The position numbers and the translations under genes are program-made. A stretch of DNA of 64,000 nt from Balanoglossus misakiensis (Eukaryota; Animalia; Hemichordata), in NCBI GenBank assembly GCA_040954595.2, contig CM082598.2, positions 682,001 through 746,000 of the forward strand, read 5' to 3'. The notes under the pieces were generated by a model. It did no database searches and had not been told where the DNA came from. It saw only the letters and a list, made by a program, of their open reading frames with translations. Shown here in pieces: positions 40,101 to 53,881 of this stretch. Each line of letters starts with the position of its first letter. Within the stretch, counting starts at the first letter, position 1.

Positions 40101-43100
40101 CACCATGATGGATATTGAAGTATTACTGCATTCTTATCCCACTTAAAGGGTGATTGTGAATTCTTTAAAATCTTAAACTTAGCAACAGACTTTATTCTTG
40201 GGGGTTCATTTAAAAATATTAACTCAAATTTAATACACCGAAAGAGATTATAAATTTTTGTAAAAATAAGGATTTAGAGATATTTACTAAAAAAGTATTA
40301 ACCTAACTACAAGTTAAAGATGATTTTACAAAAAACTAACCTGAGCTTCATTAGAGTGAATTATTTTGCCTGTTTCTGTTGCCATGGCAGCAGGAACACT
40401 GCCCCCAACGTGCCAAGTAGCACCCCCATCATCACTATACAGTATATTGGATGTCATAACTGAACCATGTAAGGTGTCAAAAAATTCCATTACAGCTGTT
40501 TTAATGTGTGGCCAAATTCCTGCAACGAAACAGTACATGCATCAATCGCATTGCAGATAACCTTAATTGGTACAATTGTAACATCATCACATATAAAATT
40601 ATGAAAAATAAATGAGATATTATGCTCTCTCTGGGCCTAAAAGAAATTGGACAATTGGACAAAATTAAAAATGTCTGCATGTTTGATTGTTGAATGCATG
40701 AACTTCCAGTTAAAAATATGTGGTAATCAAATTTTAGTATACACCATATCATGGGGATATAATCAACTCATGACACAGTTTATAAAATAATATGTAATAC
40801 AGCTTTTAGTGTAAGCTCCTGGGTCACTTTAGTTTAAGTATGGCTATTGCAATCAACACTTATGTAAGTATTATATAAAATGCAATTTCCATAATGGACA
40901 TCAATAAAATGACTGGGGCATAACTTGTTATGATGTGGTCAGATGTAATCTAATTATGAGAAACCAAAAATACATATATTAGCTTCAGTGTCACAGATTT
41001 TATAGATGAAAAACATGAACTGGTCTCCACTCTGTATAATAAATTATGTGACTCACTGAGTCTTTGTGTAATGGAATAGGAATGTTTTCTCTGGAAATGA
41101 AAAGGTGTGTCGCACTAGAAATGAACAAAAAGTTATGTTGTTGGCATTCACAGTAAAATCTCAGGTCTCCAAAACTCCTTGAAGTAAAAGCCATGCATCA
41201 AGAAAGATAAAATCAACATGATTTGAATCTCTCCCATCAGTTCCATGTTGAAACTTCTAGTCTCTGGCTTGTCAACTTCAGTAACACTGTTAGAGGACAG
41301 TGTAATAAACAAGAATACACTGACTCCAAAAGAAGTTATACATTTGCAATAAAACAGCAATATTTGTACTTAAACCAGGGACAAATACGTAAATTCATTA
41401 CTAAAACGATAAGAGAATGATTACCTGGTTCTACAGGATCTTTGATGCAGTAGTTGCCCGGTACAATAAGACGACCGGAAGACAACTGAATACCATGGCC
41501 AGGACCTACAATAAAGCACATACAGTTAAAGGGACATAGTCTCTCTCTTGGATATATAGTGAATCAACGTTCGAGCACACACAACTTCCATCCCGCTTGT
41601 AGACACGAGAGTGAAAAACACGCCAAAATGAATGATCGGTCTCTACCGTTTATTCCTTTTTGGCAAGATATTTACTCTCATATTCTACAAACAGGATAGA
41701 AACTGGTAGGATACAAATACCGTACCTGGTGAATAGATAGCCCAAGGTTGATCTACACTCCCTAATGTCATCTCTGTGATGTTTGTCGGTTCACCCCAAG
41801 TGACTCCATTGTCTGTGCTTTTCATCACGTACAGAGTTTGATTGTAGACACCACTTTTCAGCAAGTCAGTTTCTGTCAGGTCTGGTGGGAATGTGTTGAA
41901 TACTAAGATGATGGTGTTGTTTAATTTGTCAACAATTGGCACAGGGTTCATAGTTCTGTAACGAAAAGTGAAACAGTCAATACTGAAAGACTTCTGGGTT
42001 GCAATATGGAAATACCAGATGGGATGATACCCATCCTTTTAAATATTCTAATGCAATGTACCATCAGCAACAATGATGAGTAAATGTGACATTTTTAATT
42101 GCCTTGGAGACAGCATCCCTCATGAAGTCATTCAGTTCAGAAATTATCCTGTGATGAGAATTTTTGTTTTGCAATTCTATATTTCCCAGATGAGCACCAT
42201 TATTATAAGTCATCTTCTGAATTAATGATGTTTTCATAATTTATGGTGAATTTTTATTTTCAAATTTAAGCGTTAGGGAATCTTAAATGAAAACATGTCA
42301 CATTCAGTTGTTGGATCCGCCTTTCTTCTTGACCACATGTACTTTGCACAAACACACTTGCCTTTTGTTTTCAATGCTGGCTATGACTTGAATATCTCCC
42401 CACTCAACTCCCTTGTCTCCAAGGACTCCTCGTCTCAGAACTAATTCCATTTCTCCCCAGTCACGGAAGGAGTTCTTCCGGGCTTCACAAAATGCCAGGA
42501 ATACTCCTTTGTTGTAAACCAATGCCGGAATTCTGGAAATGAAACAGAAAAATGTGTCATCAAATGAGCGATTCCTAGCAGTCAAACAGAAATGGCATTT
42601 TATATAAATATTATATGAATACAATTTCTAGTGAGAGACATAATTCAACTAGGGACACATATGTCTCTGAAAATATTAATATGAAACATTAATTGATTTC
42701 TTGAGATAACACACACCCAAAAGACTCGTAAAATAATTGCATTCCAGAAATCATTAATCTATGATGAGTTTATATCTGTCACTTTGTCGTGTATGTTTTA
42801 GTAATCAAACTGACTTATACAGCTTTCAATAATAAATAGTTTGAAATTCTAGTGATTTTATGAAACCAAGATGTGAACACCATGTTTTCTTCTTTGATTT
42901 CAAAAACACACCTTGGTTTGGAGGACTCTGTCCATGCGGTGCAAACTACCTTAAGACTGATCTTTCGTTAGAGTGTTAACACTAAGGGAACAGCTGAATA
43001 AACGGACAGTGGCTGACAAATATGATTAATAAGAGTAACAGTGAAGTTCAATAGGTATAACATATCTCATGGGGAAATGAAAATTCAAGTTAAATATGAC

Positions 43101-46100
43101 AGATTAGCAGAGACATCAACAGCTGATGGGAAATATGTAAAATTGACACTAATGGCAACTGTGTCCATGGCAACATGAATGAACCATCTAACATGAGCAG
43201 ATTGTATAATTGAATTGAGCAGTCGCCCATCATGCATTCATTGTAATCTAGTTACTTCCGACTTTTAATTTCATCAGAATGAGTGTATGACTTCCCCCTA
43301 GGATCATGACATCAATTTTCCAATGGAACAGACACAAAGAATATTGTGCAATTTCTCCGACGTACCACGTGGAATCGCAATTAAATTTCTAGTGTTACGA
43401 ATTGATAAAACCGAAGTGGGTAATCATCAATTTTATTTCTACCACTGTCATTTGAAATTGCATGCTAGTTTTAAAAGCTATGTACAGGGATAATGTTTAA
43501 ACTCCAAAATCTGCTGATTTATCCCCTATGCAATTGCTGCTGACCGCCAAATTTTCCTTTGACAGCAAGACTGCATTGATGTATATGTACTCATATTGTA
43601 GTGATAACATGAACAATAATTAAACATCTTTTTGTCCAAGCAACCTTGTAGAAACACTCCTTTTAGTGGATTAAGTAATCTGCGTAAAAAATGCCATAAG
43701 ACTACTATTAAATGAATAAAACATCACCATGGTAATCAACTCTGTCATAAAATAACTATTGTCAACTCAAAGTGGTTTTAGTGATGAATGACTCACAATA
43801 CTTTCTCTAAAAGTTTCTCAACCTGATACGCAATTGATGGTGTTGCTATGGTGACTCATGCGTAATCAAGCTAGTCCTTCATTAATGGAATTGTACGCTG
43901 AAAATTTATGCATTGAAGCAAATGTTTTAAGAGATTATATAGGAATTTCTCACCATGTATTCAATAAATGGTTCTTTTTATATACGGGACAAAGTGACTA
44001 TCTTTCAGACATTCATGTTTCAAGTACTGGGTAGTTTTTTTATCAAGTTATAATGTCTCCAAGCCCACTTAGCTTGCACTTGTTTCAATGCTACCGCAAT
44101 TTGGTCACAAAAGGAACAGTTGGTAGTTGTAAATATAAATGATAAATGGGAGAGAGTTTTATTTAGGCTATTGGGTAATCAAAATGCAAAACGACAATCA
44201 GAAAGTTATTCTCAAGGTTTCCTGTCCTGGAAACCAATTACTGAAATGTACCTGACATAATTGTCAGGATGTCTGGATTCATTACAATCATTCAGAAGTT
44301 CAATGCATATTTTAGCTCCTATTTGCCATATATGTTTAATATTTCATATTGAGTCCTGCCTGCTTATGTTGCGTTAGAGTCTAACAGACTATATTGATAA
44401 GCATATCAATTATATAGCAAAACTTTGACCTACCTGAAGGTTTCATAGCCATGGTCTCCTTGCCCAAATATTTCTGTAAAAACAAGATCAACAAATAGAA
44501 TTTATTCAGTACGAATCATATTTGGAAGAAACAAATTCTATCCATTACAAAATGACCACAGACTTAATTATGGTCATTAGAAAAGGATTAATGTGATCGT
44601 CATATGTGTTTCCTGTCACACGGGTATCAACCATCCCAAAGGGATGACTTGTACTTTTTGATGGATTTGATGAAAATGATATTCTAAACTTTAAGAATTT
44701 GCAGCTGTGACACATCAAAAGACATCAGTTAAATATATTCCTGAAAGAGAAAAGACCATGTTAAACTTGTAAATTTCAATCTTTTGGGTGAGCGCTTTCA
44801 TTTAATAATCTGCCATTTCACTTAGATTCCTCGCTTTTAACAAAATCTGATTAAAAACATGATAGCGCTTTTAAAGTCTGAGATTGTGAGCTTATAAAAT
44901 GTAAAAAATGGTATTTCAGATAAGGAAAGCATTCTGTCTTTTGTCTGAACATAACACGGTCTGAACTGTGATAGGAAGCGGCTTAACATATGGTACCTTT
45001 GTGAACTCAGTATGAGTGAATAAAAATCTGATGCAAAACTATGAAGACATTCTAGAGCCATATGGTTGGGGCTTTGACCTCTGCAAAAATCCATAAACCT
45101 CTTTATTTACTGTCACAAAAAGAGATTCCATGTTTCGAAAACTATGACTCTAGCCTACATGTATACTTTTTAACAGTTAAAGTATGCAAATCTGATCAAA
45201 AGTAAAAGTTACCATGGCAATAGAAATTCACTGACCCTGCTATTATGAGTCCCCCCATGGCAACAGCTTGTAACTATTTTTAGTAGCTAGTATTTGCAGA
45301 CAATGTGATTTCACTCTTAATTACACACCAGACATTTTAATCCCAAATCTTTTGCGATACACTTAATTGTGTGATAACCTCTATGAATGGACCACTCCAT
45401 ATGACATTGTTATTGATGACTATGTCTATATGACCTCTGACCCAGTTGAACAGACTTCTCCCATATGGTATTGCAATTGACATCTTTCATTTATGATATC
45501 ATAATCATACATTGTCAGTTTCCAGCATCAAACACTGCACTGTACAAATAAGCCATTGAAAAACAAAGCCAAAAGATATAGCTAATGTCCCTTTAAACCA
45601 AAGTGTTTCATGAACTGCCTTAGAGAAGCAATATGGTATATCATCACTCCACCTACTTTAAACATTTATCGAATTTATACCGGCCTTTGGGAAATTCAAA
45701 GCCATTAATTATTTCATCATCTAAATTAGGTCAGAAGGGACAGGCAGATAACATTGCTTAGGTTCCATTAGGCATGCTTAAATGTGGTGGTTTTTTTTGC
45801 TTTAGCTGCTGAACTTAACTCAAAGTAAAAATTCCACAGTTTGTGATGTGTATCTTTTCACTCATCCATGGAAAAGGGCGAATAACCAATTTCCGTTCAA
45901 AAAAAACAAGGAAATAGTGGAACTTCTTTGATTTCTTTTCAAAATGACAACTTTGAAAACAGGAAAGAATAGAACGTGCACAATTATTCATTTCTCACCA
46001 AACCTGACCACGATGTGAATTCGAAAACAGTTCTCACATATGTTTTTGTTAATAATGATGTGACTAAATGTTCCTAAGCATGAATACATGCCACGATAAT

Positions 46101-49100
46101 TGCATCCCTGCTCGCTGAACTGTGACTAATGTATTGCAAACCTGGTACTACACTTTTCTGCCAGCATCAATTTAATCAATATGAGATAAGAGACATGTTT
46201 CATACACCTTATGTGGTGAATTAACTTGCCCACATCATTGCATAATACTGGAGCCTGAATACTGCAGAGAATTATGCATTCTTTCTAATATTTCAACCAT
46301 AGCCACTGCCATTTTCTGATTGATAATGTGATCAACATTGTACATAATATTGAAATATAAAATGAAACAAACAAGAAGTATAAATTTCCTTATACATGTA
46401 CATAATAACAACTAGCATGCAAAATGTTATGGTATTTAAGGTTTTAATAATTGACAATAAAAAGGGAAGCTGTGTTCATCGCTTGATACTTTGGTTGCCA
46501 TGACAATTGGTCTAATACAAAAGAATGCCTTCCGTTGACTGTTGAATGCATATATACATCAGCAGTGAATTTCAATTCAGAAAGTTGTGAAAGAATTATT
46601 TGTTTAAGAGAACAGATGAATAAACCACCATTACCAACCATGTATGACACATGTGCGTCAAAAAGGTAAACATTGATGGCTGAAAGTTGCTATTGAGGCC
46701 ACTTAACCAGTCCACCATTGACATAGATTATATACACCAACAAAATACTTTATAAGATCATTTTCAGATGTACCTTCAGTTCAGGGTTTGTTCATGACCC
46801 TATCTACAGTACTAATCCTTAATTAAACTTTAAAATAGTACCTCTAGGTACCGGTATACCTGCATAGTCCTATCCTGTTACCCTACAATCTTCAAATTAA
46901 AGTTCTTACAATATAATCATTTAATAAATAAAACCATGAATTTAGAGAATACATTTCACCATCGTTAATGGACAACCTACAAAGCTACCATATTTCAATA
47001 AATGACAAGAATGGCAGAAAATTATTTGAATTGAGAGAAAAGAAAGCACACATACTGCAAAGTGGTATTGATGTACTCTACTCTTCAATCACCTCAACTT
47101 CAATTCATACTTTTAAAAATGCATATGCTAACACTCTAGTCTTTGTATATAGTGTAATTACTTGCTCATGTGTACATATATTGATTGGTAATACATTCTC
47201 TCCATTTGTATATCGCATAACTACAGATGGTACTTGACTAAATTATCCCAGATCAATATTTTGTTTATATAAACAGCAAATTTCACGAAAATAATCGCCA
47301 TGTTTGTTCTGGCAAGGTAAAACTGAGATCTTATGGTAGTTTGTCTGAGATTGTTGAGAACTTATGACACACTAATTCTAGGGAGATATAACATTTTCAT
47401 TAAAACTTCTATCATTGTTCCTCTGAGTTTGAATATTGTTGATAAACATCTTGATGCTATCTCTCAGATTCAGAATCTCTCCTAAAAGTTTAACAAAAAT
47501 TACTTTGATCATTTCTGATCAGATTATGTTTAATCAGACTTGGAATTACTTTCACAATTAATTTCAGTTTTATTGGATTAGAGTTTAATCAGACTGTGCA
47601 TCGAAGTGCACATTTAATAGCGGAAGTATTATAACACTATTTGTGGCTAGCTTTTGTCACAGGTCATTCACCCTAATTTCATCGTCTGGTCCATTGCGAT
47701 AGTAATCTCTTTCAAAACAGGACTTGCAAATGTCAGCTATTTCAATTAGATGGCTTTGATAAGTAGTCTTCTATTTCAGCACTGTGCTACTAAAACAAGT
47801 CTAGTATCTAGTCTTGATTTGTCCGCTGTACTCCAAATGTAGCAAAGCGGACAAAACACAGCTAGATACTAGACTATAAGAAAACTAATATGTACGGATA
47901 GTTGTATTGATGGTATCTGTAGAGTAGAATTTTCCAGATTCAAGTGATTGGACACTGAACCAGTATTTCAAAAGCCCATCATTCTGTTGGATTCTCACAG
48001 CTGCTGATGACTCAGTTATAGCAAGCTGTCGCCCCTTTTATTCTACATCCCTGGATATTTCCATGGCAACAACCACACTGGAACATAAAATTAATAACAA
48101 CCAGATTTCAGGATCATATGGAATATTGCATACTCATCAATTATACATAAAAAAGTAACATCACTGATATAGTGATAGATACATTGTAGATGTTACACTG
48201 ACAGTAATGAAATTTCTGTTTAATTCAATTGAATTCCATCTCAGCTTCTTTAGTTACATCACTTTTATCACTTTCAGTTTCCGCGATATCTAACTGGTAC
48301 AGAAATCCAAGCCTTATCAGTTTCATCACTGATGAGAAAGATCGCTTTTACCATGACGTTCAATCACATCAATCATGCCAGAAACAACCACTCACTGAGC
48401 TCTAAGTGGACACATCACACTAATTAAGGGAATCAAGATTTCCCAAAGCTTTTATTTTCGAAAGTTTTCCTTATAATTGCCATGGTAACTTACGTCCTGA
48501 TCTGATACTAAACATATGGCAGACACGTTATAGTAATTAATAGAAAGGCTGTTTTCCAACACTTTTTGCTTCCAAAGTTACCAATTGCTATTAGCTTTCA
48601 AACTTTGGTTGCCAGGGCAATTTTCTAATGTAACAGGGGCCAGTGTGCAAAATTTTGAATAAGAGAGCGAAATTGTCTCAGATTTTGAAATTCAAAATGG
48701 CCACTAATCTCTATATTAACTCTATAGAGAATACTGAAAGTGGCAATTTTCATGAAAATAAGACAGTGAACAGAACACCCTGTTTTCTGAATCTTCTTTG
48801 TGTTAAAAACGATTCCCCACACACTTTAATTGAAAGATTTGGGGGACTATAATCTAGCCCTGGAGTGCATACCACCTTAATAGATCCGTTTAACATACAG
48901 TGATGTAGATTAGTTCTGGACTGCATTGACATATTGACGGATAGGGTCCAATACATTGAAAGCAAAATCACTCAATACATAGATAGCTAACTCTAATCGT
49001 TTAATGCTCCACATTTCCACATTTCAACTTCCAATTACTTATCCCAGTAGTCCCTCGGAATCCCGGCATTCGCTCTAATTCCTTGTGGCTCAGTCCCAAA

Positions 49101-51189
49101 TCTAGAGAGATAAAACTGAGGCCACATGGTTGAAACCTTATGTTTCTACTGTCCAATGGAAGTCATATTTTTGCTGTGAATAACATTCAGATAAATTATA
49201 TTGCGATTAAACCATGATACTAAAACTGTAGCTAAATTGACCGGATACCTTTAAATTGGCAATCCTCGTAAAACTGTGTAATATTCTCAAAAGCTAGGTT
49301 ACACTGCATAAAACGTTTAAATTTATCGTGGAGACACTATAGCTTTTAAGTTTTATATTTAAACAATTTCAAATCTAGAAGATTGGAAGGTTTGTAAACC
49401 CTCCATAACAAGTTGATAGTTATCAAAGTATACTATCGATGACGGAACAAGTTCCAGACTAAAATTCAAACTGCAGAGTTTTAGAGACTTGTAAAGTACT
49501 GCCATATTTTTTTATTCCGCGGCATTTGATAGCTCTCGTGGTAGGATTAAATGCAGTGTATTCACTTACAAATGATCTTAAAGTCTACAAACATTTATCA
49601 ACCTCAGTCAAAGGTGGATATGTATGATCGCCTTCACAACATTTAATTGAATTCGGGTGACTGCAGAAAAAGCCATAGGGAAATATGCAGAGAGTATATA
49701 TCATATAAACACCAAAAAAAAAACCCTCCCAACTCTAGTTACAATCTCTCGTTAAATGTGCAGTTTGATAAATTGGAACTCGAAATCCCAGTTTCAAGGA
49801 CATCAGAGCAATCATCAACTTTCCCTGCCAACAAGAACAACCACCCTTCACCAAATCTCCTTCCCAGAGTACCCAAGTACTGGAAAATTGACATGTCAGG
49901 ATATTGGATTACCCGAACCCAAATGCCTACTTCTCTACTAATCTCCAAGGTATTAGACGTTGACAGGTGTATTAAGATGGCCTCAGTACCTTGGAAGTTG
50001 CCTAACCTCTTTAACCTTAACACCATCACTCCAATTCAAAGAGCCCTAGAAGCCAATAAAGCAGGCCACTGACACACCTATATTCTCTTGCTTTCAAGGA
50101 AATTATTAATTTTTCATCTGTAATGACTGTTGATCTCACTCATAGATGAGTTTAGCTAATTCCTAAACTGATTTGGGGGAGGGGGGGGGGGGGGGAAGAA
50201 GAAATGTATTAGCGTTTTAGAAGGCATACTTCACTTTTTATATCATTTACCACTTGACACCTCTTGTCATATAAATGAAAGACTTCAAGTCAAGGGGAAG
50301 TCGTTCACTTATTTTTGGCAAAAGCTACTGGCACTATGGCTTAAATAAAATAAGAAAATGCAAGATTAAAACTGTTTTCGATTCTTGAATTAACAAATAA
50401 AAAATAAAAATTTATTTATTTATATCTTTGGTACTTCTTTCCAATTCAGCATATGATTGTTTGATGCAGAGTCTGACTCAAAAAAACCTTTTAAGGTCTG
50501 TTTTGTTGTTCAATTCATTGAACTCTCCAGAAATGTCCTTCTGAATAAGGAAGCAGGTGTTGGAAGGGAAACGCATATTCTCGATAAATCTATAAATTTA
50601 AAAAAAAATGCTGACTGCAAGGACTGTGTGATATGACTGTGTGTGCATAAATTTATGATCTATGTGCAGCTTACTAGTATATAGTCACGACGTGGCTATA
50701 AATTCACCCGAATTAAGTTGTTGAAATTAATGCCAAAATATGCAGTACAAATGTATTTGCATCATTCATTCAGCCCAAAACGTTTGTATGTTTCATGCGG
50801 ATGATGTCACAAGCGCGCTGACAGTTTTCACAATCGCTGTCCATTTCAAAGTTTGATATATACAAAGAAACAGGTGATTAGACTAGTTTCCGTTTATTTC
50901 ACACGCGACATTGTAATAATTGAACGATTCATGCGCGCTTGTACTTTTCAATGGGCTGGCCAACGAGCGCGATCCATTTCAAAGTTTCCACCAAAACACC
51001 GGCAGCTGATCTGAGTGAGAGAGTCGCGGCGATCGACTAGTTATGCAACCGCTGATTAACACCAAGTGCAGCCGACAACACAACGGCCCAATGAGTGAAC
51101 AGAGTCTATACCGTTATATTTAAATTCTCACCTGTCAAAGGGAATTCCTTGAGACCACCAGTGAAGGTCGCCGAAGCAGCAGCTGACAT
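34195..51189 (-). CDS. NEU3: Sialidase (GH33, NEU2/3/4 type), 426-427 aa, no signal peptide. Exons 51189-51132, 44473-44434, 42532-42362, 41955-41726, 41505-41425, [40519-40341 or 37894-37719], 35144-34956, 34530-34195.
   Basis: FRIP motif split by an intron, FCEAR..D, MNP, Asp-boxes STDNGVTW, SDDGG.W, SKDGG.SF, SMDNCKSW, GPGHGIQL, NE.Q, AYSDL, LYE. Phases are consistent. Exon 1 is the least certain, and the NEU3 label is at family level. Confidence 0.9.
34851..34945. repeat. Short palindromic element, copy 1
   Basis: AGTCTAGTATCTAG...TGTCCGCT...AAAGCAGACAA...CTAGATACCAGAC; same family as 47798-47875. Confidence 0.65.
35343..37088 (-). mobile_element. Non-autonomous Helentron/HINE (DINE-1-like) element in a sialidase intron
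   Basis: One end has the palindrome AGGGTTTCGAGACC-cctct-GGTCTCGAAACCCT (about 37051-37083) next to an (AAT)n microsatellite. The other end repeats GGGTTTCGAGAC (35369-35380) next to a short GCTGT-ga-ACAGC hairpin and an A-rich boundary. Internal tandem repeats. Confidence 0.75.
35385..36396. repeat. Tandem array of 237-bp units, about 4 copies, inside the Helentron-like element
   Basis: CCTGTAGCCCTA recurs at 35584, 35821, 36058 and 36295. The first unit is more diverged. Confidence 0.92.
37719..37894 (-). CDS. Sialidase alternative exon 6b (176 nt, phase 1-0)
   Basis: CCGTAG| ... CAG|GTAGG. Encodes GILGEIKAWFWTHFHFLHGCTNYSNIIYSDDGGRSWQVGGAICNAEDRGRRVVYCNESQ. Confidence 0.85.
39560..39700 (-). 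mobile_element. tRNA-derived SINE-like repeat; related copy at about 58160-58280
   Basis: Pol III B-box GGTTCGAGACC on - strand (39627-39637). Core ATGAGAAGTAAAGTGCCTTG is shared with 58168-58187. Boundaries are approximate. Confidence 0.55.
40341..40519 (-). CDS. Sialidase alternative exon 6a (179 nt, phase 1-0)
   Basis: TTGCAG| ... CAG|GTTAGT. Encodes GIWPHIKTAVMEFFDTLHGSVMTSNILYSDDGGATWHVGGSVPAAMATETGKIIHSNEAQ. Confidence 0.85.
41553..41683. mobile_element. Truncated second copy of the same MITE, in sialidase intron 4
   Basis: About 125 bp aligns to 24860-24980 (GTGAATCAACGTTCGA.CACACACAACTTCCATCCC.CTTGTAGACACGAGAGTG). The right TIR is missing. Confidence 0.75.
47798..47875. repeat. Short palindromic element, copy 2
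   Basis: Perfect 14-bp TIR AGTCTAGTATCTAG / CTAGATACTAGACT plus inner TTTGTCCGCT / AGCGGACAAA. Confidence 0.7.
48424..48880. mobile_element. Possible degenerate non-autonomous DNA transposon with TTAA ends
   Basis: Bounded by TTAAGG (48424) and CCTTAA (48880). The terminal similarity is short and there is no second copy in the window. Confidence 0.3.
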
Positions 51190-51561
51190 CGTAGAAAGGT
51201 CTTCCCCGACTAAATTCCAATGTGTGTTGGCAGCACTCAGACCACTTATCTCGGTGGAAATTATCGAGAGATATTTGCATGTAACGGGACGCGACTCTAG
51301 GAGCCTATTAAAAGTTTTAGTTTATGAAAACCGACAGCAGATTATTTACTATGTTGAGAGCATTGACAGCAAAATAGCAATGTGTCATAAATATTTACTG
51401 GTAGCATAAAACCAAGCGCGTGTATAAATAGACAGGGCATATTGGCTGTGCTATGGCAACCAACCAACCAACCAAGCAAATGAAATCTAACTGCACCCAT
51501 AAAGTGGCCATTTTTTCCAACTTCTCTCCTCTCATCTTCCGTGATTTTTCGCAGTATAATA

Positions 51562-51562
<1 letters not shown>

Positions 51563-51597
<35 letters not shown>
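51563..51597. repeat. (CAT)n microsatellite between the two sialidase genes
   Basis: Seen directly. Confidence 0.92.
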
Positions 51598-53881
51598 TGC
51601 TAAAAAGTTTACATATTTTACCAATAAAATTATGTATAGAAATACGGTTATATTGTTTAATGAACTCAGTTTAATTAAAATCAGCTGTAGAGATGATCGG
51701 TGCCTTTGCAATACTTGAAGTTGGTGTGTGTGTCCTTAGTTGAACTTTGAAGCTTTCCAAAAGGTCATGACACCCGGAAACTGTGGTAAACAATTTATAT
51801 AGCCGCCATCATTGCATTTAAAAGTTCACCCTATTTTTTGTGCTGTTCAGCATTGTGACTGACAACTATTCCATGATTAATGACTGAAATAGTGCTTTCC
51901 TTGAGCCTTCATCAACGTGAAATGGGACAGTGGTGGGGTGAAATGCTACATCAGTGAAATAGCGCCCCCAAGAGAAAATATATTCTTTTCTCTTTTCTAT
52001 GATACTGAACCTATCTCAGACAAGTTTGTACACGCATAACTTGTCCCAGAAATACTTATAAAAACTGTCTTGAAGATTCTATGTGTGTGTGTCGAACGTG
52101 CGCAACGCGTGCATGTGCGTCTGATCCAGAAAACTATACTTTTTTTTACTTAAAAGAACAATCATTAAATATTATGTATATATGTATTCTTGTTTACAGG
52201 GTAGACAGAGTAAAACTGAGTTCTCCAACAAAGCTAGGATATAAAGCTCTTTTTACCATCATGGATCGACTTTGACCATTCTGGGCAGATAGATGTATGC
52301 TATGTCCCTGGCATCAAAGAACCAGACTGGGAGGGATTGAAACTTGAAGAACAGGTAAGGATAACTTTAATAATAGCTTTAGTTTATCAATGTTCTTATA
52401 ATATATACCCCCTGTCAAAATGTGGTAATATCGATGATGGATAAAAACGGCTACCCTGTCAAAGATTAAATAAAGAAAGACAGATATAAAATGTTTACAT
52501 TGTACAACGTTAATTTTTAAAGTTATCTCTAGCACATCGCCCTCTGCTTGGTTCTGATTTTGTCTTGAGGAAATCGGATGTATCTACTGTTTATTTCAAT
52601 TGGGTAGTTTATATCTTCTGATACATGAAACATCGCTCCCTATGGTTGAATATTACTTTTTCGGGTCCCAGAAGCAGACTATGTCATTAATATTCACCAA
52701 TAAAACATGTACAATCGAGCAACATACTGTACTCTAGGAAGTTCCCTAGTATTCGGACAAGAGGCAAGTTTTGCTGTCAACGTTACACAATAACTACCAA
52801 GTTAAGCGGTCCAATGAGCCTATATTGCATATACTTTGTATCGTCGCGACTTGTGTCGATTTCGTGGACTCGGCGGGCGCGCTCACCATTTGATCTGCAG
52901 GACACCCATGTCTATTACTCTCGCGTCAAATATTAGGTGAGTATAAACAAATATTGTATGATCTTAAAGTGGGACCAAAGTTTTTGAGTCAAATCTCGAT
53001 CATGACGGAGGGCTTGGGGAGCGTATGGTTGACATGACAATGAGGGACGCGCACGGGGGACGCGCCTACACATAGGCAAGTTGCGTGCTCCGAGTGGCCT
53101 GACCGGTATACATGTATACGATCAGCGATCGGCTCTGCAGCCCTTGTTTGTTTCATCTTGGCAGAGATCGATCACTCATTGCAGTGACCCTGCTTGGCAA
53201 GGCTGTGTTTTTACCTATTGTGATTTCCCTATAAAACAACCCAAAGCCGGTGTCCTCATTGCTCGGTTGGCTGAGTTTGCAGACAAGGTGTGGGACAGAA
53301 ATGAACACACGTCCGGTGATCAGCCATTTTCTCCCAAGGCAGTTAGAAATTAAAACGATTGATTGTTGAGAAATGAATTAAAACAGAAAAAAGCACTGCT
53401 TTGGGTAATTTTCATCGTTGTCAGTATGATATACACTTTCCTGAGGGGGGAGGGGGTTGCAAAGAAAATGCTGATAGGATATGTTTCAACATGTGCAGGT
53501 TTCTTTGAATGCCATTTATAGCCATGATGAATGTCCATACAATCTTAGAATTGGACGATCACCTTTAAGTTGGAAGGTATAATGTCAGAATATTAAACAT
53601 TATTTACACACCTGTTGCACGGTTTGAAAGTAATTATTGGTCTGACAAAGAAACAAAACAATTAACACTGCAATATTATTGGTATATCGAAATAAATCAT
53701 ACTTATACATTATCTGGTTACTCATGTTTTTGTTTTGTTTTGTTTGACAGGATGCTATTACAGGGACATTATTTTGCCAACATTATTGCAAAGATATATC
53801 AAGCAACAAGGACCTTGTCTGATTTCAAGAGTAAATCTCACATTTCAAGGCATTGCAGTGAATGTCAGCTGACATGACTTA

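Noticed and set aside
49647-50072. Overlapping 141-aa and 96-aa ORFs in sialidase intron 1, possibly a retroelement ORF1 relic
   Set aside because: Only a faint resemblance (AILIHLSTSN); no RT or endonuclease motifs and no fitting splice sites identified.
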